This document shows positions 52,738 to 61,928 of a stretch of 64,000 bases of DNA, piece after piece. The position numbers were made by a program, and so were the translations under genes. This DNA comes from Candidatus Levyibacteriota bacterium (GTDB lineage Bacteria; Patescibacteriota; Microgenomatia; Levybacterales; UBA12049): positions 194,209-258,208 of the forward strand of contig JACOXT010000003.1 of assembly GCA_016182235.1 (NCBI GenBank), written 5' to 3'. The notes under the pieces were generated by a model. The model did no database searches. It was not told the origin of the DNA and was given only the letters and a program-made list of their open reading frames with translations. Position 1 is the first letter of the stretch, and each line of letters starts with the position of its first letter.

Positions 52738-55700
52738 AAAGGTAAGCATTATTGTTCCAGTTTATAACGAAGTTGAGAGTGTCGACGTCTTTTTGGCAAG
52801 GCTCTCCCGCGCCTTTGATAAAAGTAATTTAATCTATGAGGTGATCTTTGTTGATGATAATTCAACAGACGGTACATTTGAAAAAATACAGGGGCTCTTA
52901 AAAAGTGCCAATAAGGGCAATCGCAAAAAGATTAGCTTATATAGAAAAAAAGGAAGAAAAGGAAAAGCGTTTTCGCTAATAGAAGGTTTCAAAAAAGCAA
53001 ATGGAGGCATAGTCGCAATGATAGATGGAGATCTCCAGTATCCCCCAGAGGCTATTCCGCTCATGGCTAATGAATTGGAAAAAGCAGATATTGTGGTTGC
53101 AGATAGAAAAAACCATGAAGGAGAAATTTTAAGGCGGATATTTAGTAAGACTTTCAGGTTTGCTTTTGGAAAATTATTGTTCGGTCTAAATCATGATGTT
53201 CAATCAGGGTTAAAAGTAATGACTCGTGAAGTTATTGAGTCAGTGCAATTCATGCCTGGCTCTCCTTGGACTTTTGACCTTGAGTTTCTTCACCGCGCAA
53301 GACAAGCTGGTTTTGTGATAAAAAATTTTAATATTTCTTTTGCAAGAAGGAAAAGCGGCATTTCAAAAATAACTTTTATTAAAACAACTTTTGAGATCGG
53401 TATAAACGCTCTTAGTGTCCGAAGGAAAAGCATTCATCCTATTCATATTCGCCCAAGGAATAAAGATCTAATGTTGGGGGCAGGGATTGGTTACAAAAGG
53501 AAGAAATACATAACCCATACAACCATGCCCTATCATTCAACCGCAATAAATACATTGAGCCTTGACCAAAAAATAGTCCTGCTTCTTATTGTTCTGGAGA
53601 TCGTTGTTGGGTTCATTTTTCATCCTCTATTGACACTTCAGATCATTGTTGGAGTCTTAAGCTTTATATATTTTGTGGATGTTTTGTTTAATTTGTTTCT
53701 AACCATGAAAAGCTTGAGTTTTCCTCAGGAGATTGAGGCGTCACTTTCGGATCTTGCTAGAATTAATGAGAAAAAGCTCCCAATCTATACCATTCTCTGT
53801 CCATTATATAGAGAGGTTCGTGTTATTCCGCAGTTTCTTAATTCGATAGACAAGCTTTCTTGGCCAAAGGATAAGCTTGATGTAATTCTTCTTCTTGAGG
53901 AAGACGATAAAGAAACAATCAGAGAGGTCCGGAAAATGAATTTGCCATCTTATATCAGAACACTTATTGTGCCTCACTCAATTCCAAAAACAAAGCCAAA
54001 GGCCTGTAACTACGGACTTTCTCATGCAAGAGGTGAATATCTCGTAATTTATGATGCGGAAGATATGCCTGAGGCAATGCAGCTTAAGAAGGCGTATCTT
54101 GGATTTCAGAGAGTAGATAAAGATATTATCTGTCTTCAGGCAAAATTGAATTATTACAATCCTCACCAAAATCTTTTAACTCGTTTTTTTACGGCAGAGT
54201 ATTCGCTTTGGTTTGATATTACACTTCCTGGTCTTCAGTCAATTAACACAACGATCCCATTAGGCGGAACATCAAACCACTTCAAGTTAAAAAGTCTTAT
54301 AGGGGTTGAGGGTTGGGATCCATTCAATGTAACTGAAGATGCTGATTTGGGAATGAGGCTTTTTAAAAAAGGTTATAGAACAGCGATTATCAACTCTACA
54401 ACATTAGAGGAGGCAAACAGTAATATTAGGAATTGGTTAAGACAGCGCTCGCGGTGGATAAAGGGATATATGCAAACATATCTTGTTCATGTTCGAGAAG
54501 CTTTCAAGTTTTCAAAAAATAAGGGAAGACATTCTTTGATTTTCCAGCTTGTAATCGGAGGAAAAATCGCATTCATTCTAATAAATCCCTTACTTTGGTT
54601 TGCAACTTTGGCCTATTTTACTTTATACGCGTATGTTGGCTCTGCTATTGAATCCGTATATCCGTCGATTATTTTTTATATGGCGGCAACGTCTCTTATT
54701 TTTGGTAACTTTCTTTTTCTTTATTACTACATGATTGGAGTTGCCAAAAGAGGTCAATGGAATCTTATGAAATTCGTACTGCTTATTCCGTTTTATTGGT
54801 TAATGATAAGTACTGCGGCTTTTGTTGCTCTATATCAGCTTATCCTAAAGCCCCACTACTGGGAAAAAACAGTTCATGGGTTTCATCTTTCTATAGATAA
54901 TAAAAAGGTAGTGGCAGATGCTGTTTTCGGAGTAGAAGAAACAAGTAGTGGTTTTTCCCTGCCATGGGATTTGAGAAATAGACTAAGAGCTTTTGTTGTA
55001 AGTAGAAAGACCTATATCGGAGGAATTATCCTTATCGTAACTTCTGTTATTGCCAATTTTCTTAATTTTCTATTTAACGCTTATTTGGGGCGGGTTCTTG
55101 AATTTCAAGATTTTGCGACGATTGGGCTTATTGGAGGATTACTTTCTTTAGCATCCATAATGTTCGGAGCTTTCTCAACAACAGCAAACTTCCGAAGCGG
55201 ATTTCTAATAGGTAAATATGGGGATAGGACAGCGTATGATTTTTGGCAAAACTTAAGAAAAAGAGCTATATTTTTCTCGATCATAATTACAGCACTTTGG
55301 ATTTTTTTAACCCCACTTCTCATGAGCTACTTTAACAATAGCAATCCATTCCTTTTTGTTTCTTTTGGATTGATTTTATTGGTTGGATTGGTAATTGGGG
55401 CTGATCGAGGATATTTATATTCTAGATTGAAGTTTGGAAGTGTTGCGATTGTAAATACATTTGACCCTGTCGTAAAACTTATTGCTGCTTTTATGTTTGT
55501 GTATTTTGGCTTAAAAGCTTGGACATATCTTTCAGTGCCTCTAGCGATTTTAGGAACATTTTTTGTTGGTTGGAATTTATCAAAAAAAAATATACCCACC
55601 AAAAAACAAGAAGTGACAGAGGAGATAAAAAAATTTCCTAAGAAGTTTTTTACCTTCTCTACCCTATCTGGTTTCTCATCTGTTTTTTTATTGACCGGTG

Positions 55701-57439
55701 ACATCTTACTTGCAAATCACTTTTTAAGTCAATCTGAAGCTGGACAATATACTCTTTTGTCTCTGGTTGGCAAAATGGTATTTTTCTCAGGAAGTTTAAT
55801 CTCGCCTTTTATGACGCCAATCATAAGCAGGCTCGAAGGAGCAAACAAAAGCTCAATAAAAACTCTATATTTATCTCTTTTATTTACTACGGTTTTTTCA
55901 CTTGGCGGGTTTTTAATCTTTGGATTGTTTGGAAGATTAACAATACCATTTCTTTACGGAGAGAAAGCGTTAACAATAGTTCCATATCTTGGCTTTTTTA
56001 CGCTTGGAATGACTTTTTATACAATTTCGAGAGTTTTTGTAAATTATTATTTGGTCAAAAGGATATACACGTTTATAGTTGCGACTTCTGTTTTGAGTCT
56101 AGTTCAAGTTGTTCTTATATATCTGCAACATGAAAGCGTTGTGGCAATAGCGTTTGATATGACTATCATATGGGGACTTCATCTTTTTTTAACTACAGTA
56201 CTTCATTTTGGCATTAAATACGTAAGAATTTTCGAAAATAATTTCATAGATCTTGTCAAACTATTTTCTAGGGACACGTATTCTAAAGACAATAAGCTTA
56301 ATATTTTAATTTTCAATTGGCGAGATACAAAGCACAAGTGGGCAGGAGGAGCAGAAACCTATATTCATGAATTGGCAAAGCGCTGGATAAAAGATGGAAA
56401 TAGCGTCAGTATTTTCTCCGGAAAAGGAGGTCAAAAATCAATAAATGAAAAAATTGACGGAGTGCAAATATATAGACGCGGAGGATTTTATACCGTTTAC
56501 ATCTGGGCGTTTCTTTATTACATATTCAAATTTAGAGGTAAATTCGATGTGATAATAGATTCGGAAAACGGAATTCCTTTTTTTACTCCGCTTTATGCTA
56601 GAGAAAAGAAATTTCTCCTTATCCACCATGTCCATCAGGAAGTATTTAGAAAAAGCCTAATCTCACCTTTGGCATTACTAGCGTCAGTCCTTGAGACAAA
56701 ACTTATGCCATTAGTCTATAGAAACGTGCAAGTAATAACAGTTTCTCCTTCTTCAAAAGACGAAATTCTAAAACATAGACTCACAAAATCTGAACCAATA
56801 ATAATTTACAATGGCGTTGATTTTACTAAATTTAAGCCAGGTGAAAGGAGTAAAAAACCTGTGATTTTGTATCTTGGGAGACTTCAATATTACAAAAGCC
56901 TAAATATATTCATACGAGCGGCAAAGAGTGTTATTGATAAGATTCCAGACGTCGAATTTGTAATTGCGGGAGAAGGTGAAGAAAAACAAAATCTTCAAAA
57001 ACTTGCAGAGGAATTAGGTTTACAAAAATATATTAAATTCCTGGGAAAAGTGTCAGAGTCGCAAAAAATAGCGCTTTTCCAGAGTGCTTGGCTTTTTGTA
57101 AATCCGTCATTTATGGAAGGATGGGGAATCACGACAATTGAAGCAAACGCTTGCGGAACGCCTGCTATTGCGTCTAATGTTCCGGGCCTTCGAGATTCAG
57201 TCAACAATCCTCATACTGGTATTCTTGTTCCATATGGCAATGTTGAAGGATTTGCAGATGCTATAAAATCGTTGATCAAAGATGAAAATTTAAGAAAAGA
57301 AATGAGTAAAGACGCAATTAAATGGTCGAGTCAATTTGAATGGGGGAAAAGCGCAGGATTATTCTACGAATTTATGCTAAAGGCAATTAATAAAAAGTCT
57401 AGTGCGGACTTAGGTATTGATTCAGGAAGCAAGATCTAG
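52727..57439 (+). CDS. four-module glycan synthase polyprotein: GT2 (Dpm1/GtrB-like) + processive GT2 (QxxRW) + Wzx/MOP-like flippase + GT4
   Basis: ATG at 52727 (MKYKKVSIIVPVYNE). Module 1, about 52727-53414: 'FVDDNSTDGT' and 'MIDGDLQYPP'. Module 2, about 53774-54494: 'KTKPKACNYGL', 'VIYDAEDMPE', 'TEDADLG' and 'QRSRWIKG', flanked by TM bundles. Module 3, about 55004-56219: roughly 12 TM, polysaccharide-flippase-like. Module 4, about 56294-57439: 'NWRDTKHKWAGGAETY' and 'EGWGITTIEANACGTPAIAS'. It is a single uninterrupted frame. Confidence 0.85.
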   Translation: MKYKKVSIIVPVYNEVESVDVFLARLSRAFDKSNLIYEVIFVDDNSTDGTFEKIQGLLKSANKGNRKKISLYRKKGRKGKAFSLIEGFKKANGGIVAMIDGDLQYPPEAIPLMANELEKADIVVADRKNHEGEILRRIFSKTFRFAFGKLLFGLNHDVQSGLKVMTREVIESVQFMPGSPWTFDLEFLHRARQAGFVIKNFNISFARRKSGISKITFIKTTFEIGINALSVRRKSIHPIHIRPRNKDLMLGAGIGYKRKKYITHTTMPYHSTAINTLSLDQKIVLLLIVLEIVVGFIFHPLLTLQIIVGVLSFIYFVDVLFNLFLTMKSLSFPQEIEASLSDLARINEKKLPIYTILCPLYREVRVIPQFLNSIDKLSWPKDKLDVILLLEEDDKETIREVRKMNLPSYIRTLIVPHSIPKTKPKACNYGLSHARGEYLVIYDAEDMPEAMQLKKAYLGFQRVDKDIICLQAKLNYYNPHQNLLTRFFTAEYSLWFDITLPGLQSINTTIPLGGTSNHFKLKSLIGVEGWDPFNVTEDADLGMRLFKKGYRTAIINSTTLEEANSNIRNWLRQRSRWIKGYMQTYLVHVREAFKFSKNKGRHSLIFQLVIGGKIAFILINPLLWFATLAYFTLYAYVGSAIESVYPSIIFYMAATSLIFGNFLFLYYYMIGVAKRGQWNLMKFVLLIPFYWLMISTAAFVALYQLILKPHYWEKTVHGFHLSIDNKKVVADAVFGVEETSSGFSLPWDLRNRLRAFVVSRKTYIGGIILIVTSVIANFLNFLFNAYLGRVLEFQDFATIGLIGGLLSLASIMFGAFSTTANFRSGFLIGKYGDRTAYDFWQNLRKRAIFFSIIITALWIFLTPLLMSYFNNSNPFLFVSFGLILLVGLVIGADRGYLYSRLKFGSVAIVNTFDPVVKLIAAFMFVYFGLKAWTYLSVPLAILGTFFVGWNLSKKNIPTKKQEVTEEIKKFPKKFFTFSTLSGFSSVFLLTGDILLANHFLSQSEAGQYTLLSLVGKMVFFSGSLISPFMTPIISRLEGANKSSIKTLYLSLLFTTVFSLGGFLIFGLFGRLTIPFLYGEKALTIVPYLGFFTLGMTFYTISRVFVNYYLVKRIYTFIVATSVLSLVQVVLIYLQHESVVAIAFDMTIIWGLHLFLTTVLHFGIKYVRIFENNFIDLVKLFSRDTYSKDNKLNILIFNWRDTKHKWAGGAETYIHELAKRWIKDGNSVSIFSGKGGQKSINEKIDGVQIYRRGGFYTVYIWAFLYYIFKFRGKFDVIIDSENGIPFFTPLYAREKKFLLIHHVHQEVFRKSLISPLALLASVLETKLMPLVYRNVQVITVSPSSKDEILKHRLTKSEPIIIYNGVDFTKFKPGERSKKPVILYLGRLQYYKSLNIFIRAAKSVIDKIPDVEFVIAGEGEEKQNLQKLAEELGLQKYIKFLGKVSESQKIALFQSAWLFVNPSFMEGWGITTIEANACGTPAIASNVPGLRDSVNNPHTGILVPYGNVEGFADAIKSLIKDENLRKEMSKDAIKWSSQFEWGKSAGLFYEFMLKAINKKSSADLGIDSGSKI

Positions 57440-57463
57440 TATAATTGGGCATCCTATAATATT

Positions 57464-58208
57464 ATGAAGACAGTAATTTTTGCTGGGGGATTCGGAACCA
57501 GAATAAGCGAGGAGTCAGGCGTAAGGCCAAAACCAATGGTTGAGATTGGCGGCAAGCCTATTTTATGGCATGTAATGAAAATGTACTCAGCCTACGGACT
57601 TAACGATTTTATTATTCTTTGTGGATATAAATCTTCGGTTATTAAAGACTATTTTGCCAATTATTCGCTTTATAATTCCGATGTAACTTTTAACATGCAA
57701 GATCACACCATCCAAACTCACAAAAATGATACGGAAAAATGGAAAGTTACTCTGGTAGAAACAGGTATTAATTCAACAAAAAGCAAGAGACTCCTGTTGG
57801 CCAAGGATTATATTGGAGATGAAACGTTTTGTTTGACTTATGGTGATGGAGTATCAGATCTTAATATTAGGAAGTTAATTAAATTTCATAAAAAAGAAAA
57901 AGCCCTAGTTAGCGTAACTGCGGTTCAGCCTGCCGGACGTTTTGGCGGAATTGTTCTCAAAAAGGGGCAAACAAAGATCACAAGTTTTAAAGAGAAACCA
58001 GAGGGCGACGGAGCGTGGATAAACGGCGGATTCATGGTTGTTGAGCCGGAAGCTCTTTCTTATATTCATGCGCTATCTTGCCGAAGCTGGGAAATTGTCT
58101 GCATTTGTACATAGTGGATATTGGCAATGTATGGATACTCTTCGAGATAAAAATGTGCTTGAGAATATATGGCAGGGAGGAAAAGCGCCATGGAAGGTGT
58201 GGGAATGA
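57464..58208 (+). pseudogene. rfbF: glucose-1-phosphate cytidylyltransferase (RfbF-like), disrupted by a short deletion plus frameshift
   Basis: 'VIFAGGFGTRISEESGVRPKPMVEIGGKPILWHVMKMY' and 'INGGFMVVEP' lie in frame A, which stops at 58112-58114. The conserved C-terminus 'LAEAGKLSAFVHSGYWQCMDTLRDKNVLENIWQGGKAPWKVWE' lies in the +1 frame ending at 58208. The span of 745 nt is 3n+1. About 10-13 residues (the 'D..tWE.ePL' region) are missing at the junction near 58067-58080. Confidence 0.65.
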
Positions 58209-59125
58209 CCATGAATGAGACAATGAGAAATTTACTTGAACAAGAAAAACTTTCAGTGAAATTGCGCTTCACTATCGATCTTGCCAATAAGGCAGGAGAG
58301 GTTATAGTTGCTTCAAGGGGAGGAAAAGTAACCCAAAAAGAGGGAATAAGCAATATCCAAACAGAAGGAGACCTTAATAGTGAGAGAGTTATTGTTGATG
58401 GAATAAGCGCTCAATTTCCTCAGGATTCAATTTTATCAGAGGAAACAAAAACGGAAATAGAGAATCCTCTTGATATAGCTCGACTGTGGGTGATTGATCC
58501 GATTGATGGAAGTGCAAATTATGCGCACGGAATAGATGAAGTATGGGTTTCTGTCGGACAAGTGAGGTTCGGTAAGGGGCATATTGGAGTCGCGCATAAT
58601 CCGTTCCAAAGAAAAACATATTTTGCAGAAAGCGGAAAAGGTACGTACATACTACAGCCAAAAACTCCCGGTAGTGATGCAATGGAATTGAAAAGGATTC
58701 AGGTCGGGAATAGGACGGAGCTTAAAGACGCGACGCTTGAAACAAGCATGTCTTATGATGCTTACCAAAGCCGAAGCCATAATATTATAAAGCTCTATCT
58801 TTCCTTTTTGGGAATGGATGTTAGACCACGGGAAATCGGCTCCTCAGTTGGGCAATTGTGCCGCGTAGCGGCGGGAATGTCAGATATTCATATGCACACG
58901 GGTCTTAAACCGTGGGATTATGCTGCACCCTCAGTTATTTTAGCCGAGGCAGGCGCTGTTATGAGGCGAGCAGACGGTTCAGAATTTAATCCGCTTTTGC
59001 ATCGCGATAATATATCTGGGAACGCGGTACTTGTTGAAAAACTTGTGGAAGCAATAGGCGAGATTAAAGGAAATAAAGAATTTAGCGATTTTATTGCGCA
59101 GCAAATAGAGGATTTTACCGTTTAA
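58205..59125 (+). CDS. inositol monophosphatase family protein
   Basis: ATG at 58205 overlaps the rfbF-frame stop (ATGA). 'SEETKTE', 'WVIDPIDGSANYAHG' and 'KPWDYAAPSVILAEAGA' are present. Confidence 0.8.
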   Translation: MTMNETMRNLLEQEKLSVKLRFTIDLANKAGEVIVASRGGKVTQKEGISNIQTEGDLNSERVIVDGISAQFPQDSILSEETKTEIENPLDIARLWVIDPIDGSANYAHGIDEVWVSVGQVRFGKGHIGVAHNPFQRKTYFAESGKGTYILQPKTPGSDAMELKRIQVGNRTELKDATLETSMSYDAYQSRSHNIIKLYLSFLGMDVRPREIGSSVGQLCRVAAGMSDIHMHTGLKPWDYAAPSVILAEAGAVMRRADGSEFNPLLHRDNISGNAVLVEKLVEAIGEIKGNKEFSDFIAQQIEDFTV

Positions 59126-59131
59126 ATAATT

Positions 59132-60154
59132 ATGAAAATACTTTTGACAGGAATTGACGGATACATAGGAACGGTTTTGGGACAGGAACTCCTAAAGGCG
59201 GGTCATGATGTCGTGGGACTTGATACTGGATTTTATTCAGATCCATGGCTCTATGATTTGCCGGACTTTAAAAAAACACAAGTTTTAAAAAAAGACATAC
59301 GGAAGACCACGAAGGAAGATTTAATAGGATTTGATGCCGTAGTACATCTTGCAGAACTTTGCAATGACCCATTAGGACAAAACGATCCCGAGGTTACTTA
59401 CCAAATTAACCATTTGGGCACAAAAAAACTAGCAAGTTTGGCAAAAGAAACCGGAATTAAAAAATTTATTTATTTTTCTTCATGCAGCGTGTACGGCGCG
59501 TCAGACAATATTGCGGATGAAAAATCACCAACGAATCCCTTAACTGCCTATGCAAAGTCTAAAGTGTTAAACGAACTATTTTTGCAGGATATCGCCGATG
59601 ATAATTTTTCCCCAATAATTTTCAGAAATGCAACTGTGTACGGCGCATCTCCCAGACTCCGATTTGACTTGGTAGTTAACAATCTTGCAGGACTGGCTTT
59701 TACGACAAAAGAAATAAAAATGGATAGCGACGGAACTCCATGGCGGCCGCTAGTTCATGTGTTGGATGTATGCCAGGCAGTTCTTATTGCGCTTGACACT
59801 CCTCGTAAAAAAATACATAACCAAATCATAAATGTTGGGGACACAAGCTCAAACTATCAAATAAAAGATATTGCGGAAATTATAAAAAAAACTTTTCCAG
59901 ATTGTTCTGTTAGCTTGAATAAAGATAGTGTAGATAAAAGAAACTATAGAGTCAATTTTAATAAGATTAGAACCGTTCTTCCCGGGTTCTCCTGTAAATA
60001 CGATGTAGCAAAAAGCGCAAAAGAACTTTTAGATATTTTTACGAAAATAAATTTGTCATTTGAAGACTTCCAATCTCGCAATTTCACAAGACTTAAACAA
60101 ATAAGATTCCTAAGAGATACAAATCAAATTGACAGTAAGTTCTTTTGGAGATAG
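59132..60154 (+). CDS. NAD-dependent nucleotide-sugar epimerase/dehydratase (extended SDR)
   Basis: 'ILLTGIDGYIGTVLG', 'SSCSVYG' and 'YAKSK' (YxxxK) are present. Confidence 0.8.
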   Translation: MKILLTGIDGYIGTVLGQELLKAGHDVVGLDTGFYSDPWLYDLPDFKKTQVLKKDIRKTTKEDLIGFDAVVHLAELCNDPLGQNDPEVTYQINHLGTKKLASLAKETGIKKFIYFSSCSVYGASDNIADEKSPTNPLTAYAKSKVLNELFLQDIADDNFSPIIFRNATVYGASPRLRFDLVVNNLAGLAFTTKEIKMDSDGTPWRPLVHVLDVCQAVLIALDTPRKKIHNQIINVGDTSSNYQIKDIAEIIKKTFPDCSVSLNKDSVDKRNYRVNFNKIRTVLPGFSCKYDVAKSAKELLDIFTKINLSFEDFQSRNFTRLKQIRFLRDTNQIDSKFFWR

Positions 60155-60157
60155 ATT

Positions 60158-61405
60158 ATGAAATTTATTAATCGATTGTACGTCTGCAGATTTTGTAAAA
60201 CACCATTAAAATATACCTTTGTTAACTTAGGTATGTCTCCTATTGCTAATACATACATAAAACCAGAAGACATAAATAAAATGGAACCTTTTTATCCTCT
60301 CCACGTGTATGTATGCAACAAGTGTTTTCTTGTTCAGCTGCCCTCGACAATCGCAAGAGAAGTACACTTTAACAATCATTACGCATACTTTTCTTCTTAT
60401 GCCAAGTCTTGGCTTCAGCACTCAAAAAATTATGTTGACATGATGATGAGACGCTTTAAGTTTGATAAGAGAAATCTTATAGTTGAGATTGCGAGTAATG
60501 ATGGATATTTACTGCAATACTTTAAAGAGCGTCATATTCGAATCTTGGGTATTGAGCCAAGCGGAAATACAGCAAGTGCTGCAAAGAAAAAGGGTATTCT
60601 GACAATTGTGAAGTTTTTTGGGTTAGAAGTCGCAAGAAAACTTATAAAAAACAAAAAATCTGCAGATCTAATAATCGCAAACAACGTCTTAGCTCATGTT
60701 CCTGATCTTAATGATTTTGTGGGTGGAATGAGGAAGCTTTTGAAGCCAAATGGACTTATAACCGTGGAATTTCCTCATCTATACCATCTTATAAAAAATG
60801 TAGAGTTTGACACCATCTATCATGAACATTATTCATATTTTTCTTTTTTGACTGTTGAGAAAATTTTTGCTTATCATAATTTAACGATTTTTGATGTTGA
60901 GGAAATTCCGACTCATGGCGGATCACTTCGTATATTTGCAAAACATATAAAAAATAAGAATCTTCCAATAAATAAATCAGTTGAGAAACTTCGAAATAAA
61001 GAAATAAATTCTGGGCATAAGGATATAAATATGTATCTGCGATTCAAAAATCAAGTGCAAAAGAAAAAGCAGTTGTTTCTTGAATATTTGATTAGACAAA
61101 AAAAGAAAGGGAAATCAATTGTTGGATACGGTGCACCAGCAAAAGGAAATACATTCCTAAATTATTGCGGTATTGGATCTGACCTTATAGAATATACAGT
61201 TGATGCTAGTCCCTACAAACAAAATCATTTGTTGCCGGGAACACATATCCCAATTTATAGTCCAAGAAAGATTAGGCAGACAAGACCGGACCTTGTTGTT
61301 ATTCTTCCATGGAACTTAAGAAACGAAGTCTCTAGGCAAATGAATTTTATCCATTCATGGGGAGGAAAATTCTTAACTACTAAATCCACACCCTCAGTTT
61401 TTTAA
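60158..61405 (+). CDS. NDP-hexose C-methyltransferase (TylCIII-like; N-terminal Zn ribbon + SAM domain + C-methyltransferase C-terminal domain)
   Basis: 'CRFCKTPL...CNKCFLVQL' gives four Cys. 'VEIASNDGYLL' is SAM motif I. The C-terminal 'IVGYGAPAKGNTFLNY' is present. Confidence 0.75.
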   Translation: MKFINRLYVCRFCKTPLKYTFVNLGMSPIANTYIKPEDINKMEPFYPLHVYVCNKCFLVQLPSTIAREVHFNNHYAYFSSYAKSWLQHSKNYVDMMMRRFKFDKRNLIVEIASNDGYLLQYFKERHIRILGIEPSGNTASAAKKKGILTIVKFFGLEVARKLIKNKKSADLIIANNVLAHVPDLNDFVGGMRKLLKPNGLITVEFPHLYHLIKNVEFDTIYHEHYSYFSFLTVEKIFAYHNLTIFDVEEIPTHGGSLRIFAKHIKNKNLPINKSVEKLRNKEINSGHKDINMYLRFKNQVQKKKQLFLEYLIRQKKKGKSIVGYGAPAKGNTFLNYCGIGSDLIEYTVDASPYKQNHLLPGTHIPIYSPRKIRQTRPDLVVILPWNLRNEVSRQMNFIHSWGGKFLTTKSTPSVF

Positions 61406-61406
61406 T

Positions 61407-61928
61407 ATGAAACTAATAAAAACAAAAATAAAAGGAGTACTTTTGGTTAATCTTGAAAAGAAAGAAGACGAACGGGGTTCTTTGACGAGAGTATGGGACG
61501 CTTCGGAGTTTAAAAAGAATGGAATAAATTTCAATATGCAGGAAGGATATGTCACGCATTCGATAAGCAAAGGAACCATGCGTGGCATCCATTATCTTAA
61601 AGTTCCGGAACAAAAACTTACAAAAGTTGTGAAAGGGAAAGTTTATGAAGTAGCAATTGATATCAGGCCGGATTCGAAAACCTTTAGAAAATGGGAGGCA
61701 TTTACCCTCAAAGACAAGGATAACAAAATGCTTTATATGGGGCCCGGTATTGCGCACGCAATATTGACACTTGAGGATAATACTGAGCTTACGAGTCTGT
61801 ATTCTCCTGCATACGTTCCGGGAAATGAGGGAGGGATAAGATATAATGACCCTTCATTTAATATTAACTGGCCAATACCTATAACAAAAGTTTCTAAAAA
61901 AGATTTATCTTGGGAGGATTTTAAGTGA
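61407..61928 (+). CDS. NDP-4-keto-6-deoxyhexose 3,5-epimerase-like cupin (RmlC family)
   Basis: 'DERGSLTRVW', 'RGIHY' and 'KVVKGKVYEVAIDIR' are present. 173 aa. Confidence 0.8.
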   Translation: MKLIKTKIKGVLLVNLEKKEDERGSLTRVWDASEFKKNGINFNMQEGYVTHSISKGTMRGIHYLKVPEQKLTKVVKGKVYEVAIDIRPDSKTFRKWEAFTLKDKDNKMLYMGPGIAHAILTLEDNTELTSLYSPAYVPGNEGGIRYNDPSFNINWPIPITKVSKKDLSWEDFK

